Source: a bacterium | Lineage (GTDB): Bacteria > Patescibacteriota > Gracilibacteria > UBA1369 > PNNO01 | Direction of reading: 5' to 3' | DNA: 63,432 nt | NCBI GenBank assembly: GCA_021158225.1 | Contig: JAGGUZ010000015.1 | Coordinates: 1 to 63,432 of the forward strand | In this document: positions 20,701 through 32,700 of the stretch, in pieces | Layout of the letters: each line of letters begins with the position of its first letter | How positions within the stretch are numbered: the first letter of the stretch is position 1 | Notes under the pieces: generated by a model | Seen by the model: the letters and a program-made list of their open reading frames with translations, nothing else | Told to the model about the DNA's origin: nothing | Database searches by the model: none | Made by a program: the position numbers and the translations under genes

Positions 20701-23700
20701 TCCATCATATGGATTACATCCCCTTTTTTTATTTGAGTTTTCCTAGTTCCCGGAGAGATTACTTGTCTTGGAGTTGTATTAATGGTTCCATCACCATTAA
20801 GATTTTCCAGGTAGCCAAGACCTTTGTCGTTATTTGATGCAAAGAAATAGCTGTTTGTATCCAATGAGATTAAGTCGCCGTTTTTGTATTCCAATTTAAC
20901 TTTGCCATTTTCATTTACAACTTTTGAACCTTCTTGAAGGAATAAGTTAGTGAAGAAATTACTTTTAAATTCGGCGGTTCCTTCGTTTATAATTATCTCA
21001 AAATTTCCTGGTTCATATTTGGGGAGAGAAATGGAAGAATTCGGACCAAGTATTAATTGACTACTATCCGAGAATGTTATTGTGATTTGCGTGGCGGGAT
21101 CGGAACTTGTTTCGATTGAGTCGCCAAATCCATAATATAAAGTATTTTCTCCATTAACAGTAAACGAACCGTTAACTGCGGTTATCTCAATATCATTATT
21201 TACACGTCCGATTGTTGTTTGAGTATTTGCATTTTCAAGTACTTCAATCTTGTGTGAAGGTGTATAGGTGTTTTTCCCAATATTATTTAGAGAATCTTTA
21301 TATACTATTTCATATCCGCCTATTATTCCGGAATTTGTTTCGTTCCAACTAAAGTCCGTTGAAGTTCCGGAATCGTAATTTGTTCCAAATCCATGAACAG
21401 ATGGACTTTTTGGAATAAATTCAGATAGATTATATACACTTGGGGCTGTTGTGTTGCGCTTTGTATATTTGCTGTTTTTTGGCTGTTTGAAGTTTTCTTT
21501 TAAGTAGACATTGCCACCATACGAGTAAATTATGTCTTCATCCGTGTCTTCGTCTATGTCTGTTATAATTGCGTGATTTTCAAGAGAGCTTTCCCCTTCG
21601 TACATTAATATTCGCTCATTTACTCCTTTATCAGCATTGTAGACATACAAACCTTTTATGGCAGGGGTTGTATTTGCTCCTGTGGCTGTATCTTCGTCTA
21701 CGATATCGCTTGATATTGCATTTGTATTTACAGCCAGTAGTTTTCTGTTTGGAGAAGGGATATAAGGAGTATTGCTTGCAAACTCAGCTTTTGCCAAGTA
21801 GTGCTTAAGTGGAGAAGTTTTGTAGATATTATTTATATCCTTATTTGAATTTTGATTTTTAACATAAGCTATTAACGCACTTCTTAGTCCAATCAATTTA
21901 TTGTTTTTCATTAGATTCGGAAAATCCTCTTGCATAATTGAATTTTCGATGTCATTAATTGTGCGATTTTTTATATTCTCCGGAGATATATATGTTTGTT
22001 TTGCTATTAGATTATAAGAATCCGGAATTGTTTTAATATATTCTTCTTGTTCTTTCGCAATGTTTTGTAATTTGGCTATGGCGTTTAAATATTCATTTGC
22101 AAGATTATATGTTATTGCGTCGGCTGTTTTATTAATACCTTTGACGACACCGTTTTCAACAGTGCTTTCAATTTTATCCAAGTTTGGAGTTGGAAGTTTT
22201 TGAGGTAAGTTTGTGATATCTGTTACTATCGAATTCCATACTTCGGCAATTTTATTAACTATGTCGTACATTTTTTCGGTTTCAACTCTAAAATCCACTT
22301 TACTGGTAACTTTTATTTTTTCAACAAAAGGATAACTTATGGATGGGGTTTGAAATTTGAAAGACATATCCATAGGGAATACAGTGCTAAGAGGTCTTGC
22401 GGATAAAGCTTCAATATGAGTTTTTAGATTATCTTGACTTATAGGTAGTATCGCTTTTTTTAGCATACATATTAATTTGATGATTTTTGCGATTACTGAA
22501 AGTACTGCTTTTATAGAATCTGCAATTGGCGGAATTTTAGGTGGTTTAGGTATGTCCGGTAATTGTGGCATTGGGATAGGAGGCAAATCCGGTAATTCCG
22601 GAAGATTTGGTAATTCGGGCAACATAGGGATTTTCGGTAAATTAATACCGGTTTCAACACCTATATTTATTTCCGGAAGGTCAGGAAGGTCAGGAAGTTT
22701 AAGAGGTGGAATGTCCGGAAGGATTATTGATTCTGTTTTGAATGTTACATCTGGCCAGATAATTTTGTATCCAAGCTGAACTTTTGAAAAATCAAAATAG
22801 AAATCCGGTAGTTTTGGGAATGGTATTATTGGAATTTCAGGTATGACCCCCGTTATTAGAGTTATAAGATTTTGAAATAAACTATATCTATCGGACGAAC
22901 AAGAGTCACAACCTTTCATATATTGTTCCATAATTTTGTTTATTTCTTCCCATATTTGCAGGATTTTTTTAATTTGTTTTATAAGATCCGTCCAACCTTT
23001 AATTCTTTGTACTTGTTTCTTAAAATATCCTCCCATGTAATTTATAATTGTGTCGATATAGCAAATTACTTGAAGAAGATATTTTGTTTCTATTTCTCTC
23101 CATTCAAGAATTTTTATTGGTAGTTTTTTATATTCTTCCAATATTTGTATATTTTTTTCTACACTTTTAATTGTCTCATCTATATTTGCGTATAATTTTA
23201 CACAAGTTTGTTGTTTTAATATTTCCGAGTCGCTTTTATTTTTAAGTTTATTAAGATTACATGGTAATTTTAGCTTGTATTTTTTCACTTCTCTTTTAGC
23301 GTTTGCCACCCAGTTTTTAAGTTTCGTTTGCATTTTGGCAATTTCCGCCTGTGATAAAGAAGGAATTTTAAATGTTATTGGTCTGGCTTCAATCTCTACA
23401 ATCGGAAGTTTGTTTATATATGTAAGCACATCGAATAAATTTTTAAACTTGGCTTTTGGAGGGACTCCGCTTACAAATGCATTCGGATCCGGATAAAGTA
23501 CATATAAATCCGGAAGATCGGCAAGTTTTGTAACTACTTCATCCAATTGTTTTGCAAACCATCCTGCTATTATGTTTACGAAACCCGGTACGCGACTGTT
23601 TGTTTTCCCGGAACCGCTAACTTGGTATTTCCCAAGAACTGAGCTCCCGTTTAATCCGCCACTGTCGGATCGACCGCTAACGGACAAAGATCCACTGCTT

Positions 23701-26700
23701 CCGCCTCCGCCACCAACAAGCATTGTTGCTGAGTTGATTGAACTAACAACATTTCCCGCCTTAGCAATTACACTGTTGACGGCTCCGGCGATTGCGTTAC
23801 ACGTATCTGGTGGAAGCATTGGTACAACAGTAGACCAACAGGCTCCTGCAACGCATACGGAATTTCCAAGACTTCCTGTTAAAGTTGGGCTTAAAAATAT
23901 ACCAACAGGACCAAAAACAAACACAGGGGTTCCAGCGTCGGTACCTACTACAATTCCCATATTATTTATTTTGCCGGGAGCTAAGAATGCCTTATTCGTT
24001 GGCATTGGGATACATCCGGCTCCGCCTTTACATATATATTTGTCTATAGTGTTTGATATAATGTTTTCTATATCGTCAAGGCTTCCGTTAACATCATCCC
24101 ATCCATTTGGGATTCCATCATTATCGTCATCTCCCTCGTTTTGTGATTTTGCTATATCTTCAAGTTGGTCAGGTATTCCGTTATTATTACTGTCAGTATC
24201 ATCAAAAGGGGATGGCGGACTGTCTGGTGGAACCGGATCCGCTATGTATTCGCCGTATGTTATTTTCCCCGTATCCGGATCTTTTGAAACGGAGTAAAAG
24301 AAAAGTTGTTTACCCGAATTGTTTTCTTTTGGTCTAACGGCAATATCGGGATATTCATCTTTAATAAACGGAGTATCATAATTTTTGTTTAAGTCGAGAT
24401 CTATTTCCGGGACAGAGATAACCGATGCGTTATATGTAATAATTCTTGATTTGCCTGCGGGTATGGACATGCCACTTATTACATATGGTCTTAATGTAAG
24501 GCCTGTATCAATAAGTTGTATGTTGTTTTCGCACTGTAGACATTTCATTGAATCTTTATCGAGTTCAAGCGAGTCCGGCAAAACATCGCTAATCATAATG
24601 TTGTCTATATCTGTCGTACTTGTGTTTGTTAATGTTATTGTGTAAGTAACCTTATCTCCAAGAGCTACTGATGAGCCGTTTATGTCTACAGCATGTTTTG
24701 AAGAATCACTTGTACCGAAAATCGGATCTGCATCTGCAAAAATAAATGGAACATCAACAGGGGTTAAAAAATCTTCCGACTTTGCTCCCATTCCAATAAG
24801 TTTATTTTGGAGAGAAGAGTCTACATCCGGGTTTGTTGAAGGATCTCCAATATTAAGTTTTAAGGTTTTAAAATTAAAGTCATCATCTAATGTAGTATTA
24901 TCGCTTGGGTCATAAGGTATTTCTGTTGGCATTCCGGCGTAATTTATCAGAACCTCTTCTTTAAGGTCTTTATTCATATCAATATTAAGTCCTACATTTC
25001 CAAGAAGTTGTCCTTCCGGATTTATTTGTCCATTTTCGTTATAAAATACTTTTATATCTCCGGAGAATTCAGCGGTTATTATATCCGGATAATTATCATT
25101 ATTTACATCTGCAATTTTTATTGTGCTTATCTTGTCATGTACATCAAGCGGAACATTTACTCTGTTTAAGACACCATTATTATTTTCAAATATATATATA
25201 CAAGCTTCTTCGCCTATGCAGCTTTCTTTTGTAGAGAATAAAAGATCGTCGTAACCGTCGTTGTTAAAGTCAGCAGCCGCACCGCTGTAAATTCCGTTTG
25301 CAAGATCCAATAACTTTCCTTTATCTTCATACGGTTGTGCCGACAATTGATGCTCGAGTAATCTGACTTGTCCATCTTCAAAGGCGAGGACTATATCTTT
25401 AAGACCATCGTTATTGTAATCTGCGAGCATTAATTCTTTAATGGTATCGTTTGAACTGTAAAGTGGTTTTCCTATATCTTTTGTAAATCCGGATCCGGAA
25501 GCAAGTTGTTTATTATCCAATCTTACGGTTGGATCTCCTAAGGTTATTTCCGCATCGGACACATATGGAATATTTGACTCTCCAACACTGTTGCCGGCTG
25601 CAAAAAACAATGAATGTTTATTGTCCCCATCAAATCCGACTCCTTGTTTATCATAAATATCTTCTAATGATGTATATGAAAATCCGGGAGATTTATCCGA
25701 TGAAATTTGATTGAGAGATGTGCTTATTAAAGCTCCTTTAGGGTCATTTGTTGATGAAGTGGTAATATAGGAATCAACTTTATAATCAGAGAAAGGTTTT
25801 AATTGTTTTATATAAATGCCATTTTCATATTGTAATTCCGGTTGATATTTAAAATCGTTATTGGTTATTGTTGTGTCATTTTGTATATTAACGGCAAAGA
25901 TTATTTTTGCTATATCAGAGTCGAGATATGTAACATTTAATACTAAAAATGGTCCCGGTGTTTGCGCAACTGAAATATCGAAAGAATTGTTTGTAAGATC
26001 GACATCTCCGTTATTGTGAACACTAAGCACTTCTATCCCATTTAGCGTAATGCTTGTCTTATTGTTTGTTTGTTTAAAATCAAAGTTATCATCATCCGTT
26101 TTTGGGATTATATAAATTCCGTTTCCAAGAACATTTGTGTTTTTTAGTATTTTTATCGGCAAGTCTGATGGATATTGATAATAGATTTTAGCGATATCTT
26201 CCTGTGTATCTGATGTGGAAACTAATATCCTGTTTGGTAAACCGCTTTGATTGGAAGGAATAAAAGTGGTTTTAATTTGATCTTCATTTGTTACATCAAT
26301 TCCTCCATATGGGGTTATTACTGTTAAAGGATCGTTAATTTTTGCAGGCACAGTCATAGATGTTACAGCTTGGACATTGCCTTTAAACAATAATTCACCT
26401 GCAAGATATTTGTTTTTGGTGGTATCTCCGTACGGACCGCCGAGCATTGTTCCATAAAGAACATCCGGATAATCTCCGATTAAATCTTCGCCGGTTGCTA
26501 TTTCTGTTGCTTGTATTTCAAGTGTTCCTGTCACAAGGTTGTCGGACGATGCTGTTATATGAACAGGTCCGGAGTTGCCGTTTCCTAAAATATAAGCTTT
26601 AGCTTGGCCGTCTTCTGTATTTATAGTATCTGTTCCTTCAATTTTGGCATAATTGCTTGTTGCCTCGGTAATTTTAAACTTAATTTCTGTCTCATCTGCG

Positions 26701-29700
26701 TTGTCCGCAAAGTTTCCATATTTATCATATAGTCTGGCTGTAATTTCAACCGGATCTTGTGTAGAAGCATCAAATTTTTTCTGAGCTGAATTTAATTTTA
26801 TTGTAACGGGTTTATTTGCAAGCGTTTTGATGTCCAGTATTCCTGGAGTTATTCCGGGAACTGTGGCGCTTATTTCAAGTTGTCCTGTTTGCAATGCGGA
26901 AACAAACTCAATTGAGGCGGATCCATTTTCGAGATTCAAAGATTTCTCTCCGACAAAATTACCAACATTGTCATTGCTTTGTGAAAACGTAATCGGTTGA
27001 TTGAATCCTTCAATCGTTTCGCCGTTTGAATCTTCGGCTGTCGCAGTAATTGTAATTAAATCTTCACCATTTTCTTGCAAGCCTTCTTTGTTTGCGGAAA
27101 GTACAAGATGAATGTCCGGTAGTGATTTTACAGTATTAAAATTGTAAATGTCATCGACTTTGGCATGAACTGTTATGTCACCGGGTTCTTCGGTTGAATA
27201 AAGGTCTACATTAAATAATCCTTCAAACGATTGTAATTGGATGCCATCTTCATCCGGCTGTGTATCTGTGGAAGTGTCAAGTTCACCTGGGCCGTCCGTC
27301 CAAACGGTTATCTCGTAGAAATCATTATTAACAAGATTTTTATATCTATCCATTAATGATATTTCTACCGGAGTTTTAGATAGACCGTCGGTTTTAATAA
27401 CAGAGGATTTCGGATTGACTGAGATTTGAACAGGTTCAAGAGGTTCAACAAAAACTTGATGAATGTCCGCCGGCAAAGGAGATTCGACTCGTCTTGCCGT
27501 TATATTCACAAGACCGGCTTTATGAGTTGAGGTTATTTGAGTTAGCGCAATTCCTTTGTCCACTTTTACCAATTTCTGATCAATATCAATAGTTGTTGAT
27601 GATGGATCTTTAATAATAAATTCTATAGTGCTACTTGAATCGTCTGTTTCTATGTTTCCATTTTCATCCAATTCTTCCGCAACAAGAAACAGTTTGGATT
27701 CTCCATCTGCCGGAAGATTGTCTATATAATTTTCAACTTGGCTGTTATCACCTTCTGTGATTGTTCTGTACGCAATATCTTGAACAATGTTTCCAAAAGC
27801 ATTTATACCCGCAGTAAGATTGTTGTCGATATAGTCATCATTGCTACTTAAAGGATCCGTTGCCTGAAGAAGAACTTCGTCTCCGTCGTTAATACCTCCG
27901 GAATCTGTGTCCGGATTTAAAGGATCCGTTTTGTTTTTAAATTCTTCGCTATTAATGAGCCCATCTTTATCATTGTCAAATTTGGCATCATCCGGATTGT
28001 AAGGGTCAAGTCCGTATTTTTCTTCCCATTCATTTGTCATCCCGTCTTCATCGTCGTCAACCAGAGCATCATCCGAGGGGTCAAGAGGATTTTTACCTCG
28101 GATTATTTCCGAAAGGTCATCCATTCCTCCTCCGTCTGTGTCTAAACTGTCCGGACTTGTATTGTATTGATAAATCTCAAAATTATTTGGAAGTCCGTCA
28201 GAATCATTATCCATAGCATAGCAATCGAATGTTTGCATTGCTTTGTCGACCATCATCGCAAATTCTGCGCGTGTAATCGGAGCTTGTATCCATTTATCAA
28301 AATCTTTTGTTGGGATTTGTTTAGGATATATGTCTTTCTCTTTCGCTGTCATGACATATTTGTAATACCAGGGCTTACCGTTATCCTCATATTTGTCGGA
28401 ATTAATGTTTGCTGCGTTTAGTATTACTTTTGTTGCTTCCGCTCTGCTTATAAAATATTCGGGTTTAAAGTATCCCGTATCGGTTCCACCTTTATATCCA
28501 CTAACAACTCCGGAGTTCTTTGCTTCTTTAACGCAGTATTTATAATTATCTGAAATATTCGTATCTGGGAATGGGTTTTGATTATATAAATTATCTACAG
28601 ATTCTTTTGTCTTGTCGGAGAACATACTGCAGTTCGTGCAGGTAATTCCAAGAACCATCTGTACAAATTCTTCGCGTGTAATATTGTCGTTTGGATGGAC
28701 TGAATTGTCCGGTGCTTTCTTAATAATTCCTCTTAGAATAAGATTTGTAAATGCTGAGTATGAAGGATCTTGAGGGTCAAGGTCGCTAAATAATCTTAAA
28801 TCTTTTTTAAGCGGATCATATCCGTATTTTATTTCTTCTCCGTCATTAAATTTGTCTCCGTCCGTATCTTTATTTAATCTGTCTGTTCCAAGAATCATTT
28901 CTTGAATGTCTGTTAAACTGTCTTTATCCGTATCATCTTTTTGGGTACTCTGAGCGTATGCTGTTTTAATTGATCTTAAAATTTTACCGAGTAAATTCTC
29001 ATGCGTTTCTATGGTTCCGAGTCTATAACCTATTGCGACTTTGGCGATGTCGTGTCCTGTGGCATCTTCTATTACAAACAAATAAGGTTCATTAGGTTTA
29101 TCTTGGTTTGCTACATTTAAGAAAAATTCGTCACCTAGATATACATTTCCTTTATCTGTTATTTTAGCTATTTTCTTTGAGTATTCTCCACGGTTGTCAA
29201 CTATGTAGACATTTGCATTGTCTTGATAAGTAGTTATATTGTCTTGCGAATTAACATCTTGTACATGAACTCCTTGTAATGTTGACAATACGGATTCCAG
29301 GTTTACATTTGAGTCTTCCAAGACAACTGATTCTTCTTTCTCCGGCAAAATGCTCACGCTTGCAAGCTCGTCTCCGGATTTAATTTTAACTATTGCAATT
29401 CGCATTGGTTTACTTGCTGTAGATTCAAAAACTTCAACTTCGTAGTTAGTATCTTTGATTGTTATTTTTCCGGTTTGGGAATCTATTTCTGCAATTGAAT
29501 TACCTTGATCGTCTTTTACGGAATAGTTTTGTAAGATTTCTTCATCGTATGTTGGAGCTTTAAAAACTTGGTTTTCGTAAGTTAATACTTTAATTTTCTT
29601 GGCCTCACTTGTTAAGTGTAATATGTTTGAAGTTATATTGTTTTGTGTATTAACGCTTACTGCGCGCACTGTAAAATCTCCCGAAATATCGGTTGCGTTA

Positions 29701-32700
29701 ATTTTGAATACAGCTTTTCCGTTAATAAGATTTATATGATCGGATCCATATATCTCCGCTTTTGGACTGTCGCTGTCGGAAATAACAAAATATACTTGAG
29801 TGTAAGAATCAAAATAGTTTTGTTTGTTTGCGTCATCCATTGCGCTAACAATAATTTCATAAGGTTTTATGCTCCCAGTTAGAATCATATTCGTATCGTC
29901 TTGAAATTTTATTGATAGATTAACCGTATTTTCGGCTCCGTCTGGGATCCCATTCCCATCCGAGTCCGATAACGCTTTTTTAATGTCATCTTCGCTAAGG
30001 CCCTCAATAAAGGATGCTATATCGTTATTTCCGTCGGAGCATGCCGGTTGAAAACTTAATCCCTTCGGAAGTTTTGCCAGATCTCCAAGATATTTAACCA
30101 AATAAGCTATCCATGCAGGCAGAATAATAGCTTCGGATTCAGCTTTACTCCCAGAATCTTCTTTTTCTTCTCCTTCAAGATTTCCTTTTGGATTTAACCA
30201 GTCCGGATCGTTATCTTTAACATCCGGATTTTTATCTACGGAAAAATTAATTTTGTCGGCTGTTCCATCGGCAGTAAAGTAAAAATACTCATAACCGTTT
30301 TTTGTTTCGCCGGTATAAGCATCTTTTTGCTTATCCAAGTAAGTCTTAAATACATATAGATGTTTCTTATCGATAGATGCATTCTTCCACCAAACGGTGT
30401 CGTCAACCATTTTATGTGTGGTTTTATCAAGTACTTGATTCAAATACTTGGTTTCATCGGATTGTATTGTTCCCGTAAGTTTACCTGTGATGTTGCTTGC
30501 ATTTGCTCCAGGTAAATTAATAAGCTCATCTTCCATATCTTTTAATTTCTTCTCATAATCGTCAGCATCTTTGGCTTCAAAAATATTCGGATAAATTATT
30601 TTGTGATAAACACCGTTTGTATCTACGAACGATACATATCTTGGATCGTCAATTGGCAATGTGTCTATTGTACCTTTTTTAAGTTGATGTCGGATTGTCT
30701 CCGGAGTTGGTTCTTTGTGGAACTCTAAACTGTTTATTCCTTGATTAAATACTGTTGGAGTTTTTGTGATATAAAGATCTATTTTTTTGATATTTGAAAA
30801 TGGCGGTTTTTGGATAATAAAATGATTTTTCCTGTTCCCTAAAATTTTGAGGCCTATTTCATATGGATCATCAGAATTTATTTTATAGTTTAAATTGTAT
30901 TCATCCGGTTCGTCAATTTCCCCATCATTGTCGTTATCGACTCCGTCGAATCCTCCATAGATATCAAAGATGTCCTTAAATGATATAGACGGATTTGCTA
31001 AAAGTAATATGTCTTCATTCGGTCTATACTTAGGTCCCGGCAATGGTATTGCGGCTTTTTGCTCTTCCGTATTTGTAGAATTAAGTGCCAATATATAATT
31101 TGCCACTTCCGCAAGATAATTGTTAAAGCGAGATTTTTCTCTAAAATCGTAACATCCTCCGATTCCAAGTGCGTATTTCGATATGTCTTTTTTTGCCATT
31201 GAGCCGTTCTCGTCGTATATCCATTTTGATGCTATATCGGGGAAACATCGGTCAGGAGTACCAATTTTATCTCCATCCGTAGTAATCATGTTGCCACTAT
31301 AACAGTACCCATATTTATCAGCATTTGCTTGATCATCTTTTGTATCGAAATCGTATAGTCTGTTTAATTCGCTGTCGCCTCTAAAAATTGTACATTCTTG
31401 CGCACTGTCTAAAGTTGTGGCCGGCTTCCCATAATAGTAAACCGTATTGTATGTCCCCAAATTAGGATCGTTATAACTTTTTACATTATTATTTACGAAA
31501 TCCCAAGAAGTTAAATTTGCTGTTGAATTATCGTCAAAAGTAACTTGACCGCTGAGTTTTACGCTATTTATTATTGGAATTGTTCCTTGCAGTGGAGCAA
31601 CTATTGCATCAATTTTTCTTTCTATCGCATCGTTTACCATTCTTAAGTATTCTTGTGTGTGTAAATCTTTTGTAGCAATTAAAGAAACAATCGAGTCGTA
31701 GGAATCGTATCTTCCCGTGCCCCTTATAAGGTCATTTGCTTTTTGGAGATAATTTTTATATAACTCATTAAATTTTGTTGTGTAGGAAAGAACTATATTT
31801 CTACTATAAGCATCCGGAAGTCCTTTAAACATATCGGTATTTACAAGACTTTCAAGATTTTTGCCTCCATCTTCATCAATAAATCCATCTCCGTCGTTAT
31901 CGATACCATCTTGTAAATCTTCATCTATATGTCCATCCATATCATCATCTATTCCATCTCCTTCCGGAGAGGGTGTACCAATAATTTTTTTAAGTAATTC
32001 TTTCGAGAATCTTTTGTATGCAAGATCTTCAAGAAATTTTGTATGGTTTTCATATCTTTTACCAAGCGTTTTGTCATACATTTCTTGTTCCCAAATTAAA
32101 TCTGCGTAAAGAAGTTTTTTATCGTGAATTGTAAAGTCACTATTCCCAGTATGAAAAAGATGATTTTTATCGAAATAATAAGCATAGCTTTCCGGTGTGT
32201 CTAAATCTTCGGTTGGAGCTTTTATTACTCCGTGCCACGCTTCAATCTTAGGATTCAGGCTGTCTGAATTATATTCAAAGTTACTTGTTGCTTTATTATA
32301 TACATAAACCGGATGTATGAAATCGATATATGGAAGTATGCTTGTAAACTTAAAACCGTTTTTACTTACAACAGGAAGTGGTACATCTCCTATAATAATT
32401 ATGCCATCAAGCCTGCTTTTTCCATTAATGCTTTTATCTCCTTTAAAATATAGAGTTTCAAGAGCCTCCGCTATTTTATTAGGCCGTTGGCTTTTATTAA
32501 CTTTGATTATTACAGAACGAGTAAAAGGATCTGAAAGCTGAGTATCTTTTGCAAATCTGTAAATTCGTTCTCTTAAAGTTTGTTCAGGCAGATCTGCAGG
32601 GTACTTTGTTTTTAATCCTTCATAAGGATTGTTGTCGTTAATTAAAGATTCATCAACAAGAATTGCAATAATAGATGTTACTTTTACGGGGTCGTTTTTT

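Noticed and set aside
23572..24297. 241-aa plus-strand ORF and other short ORFs antisense to the giant gene
   Set aside because: Shadow ORFs of a strongly supported minus-strand gene, with no motifs of their own.
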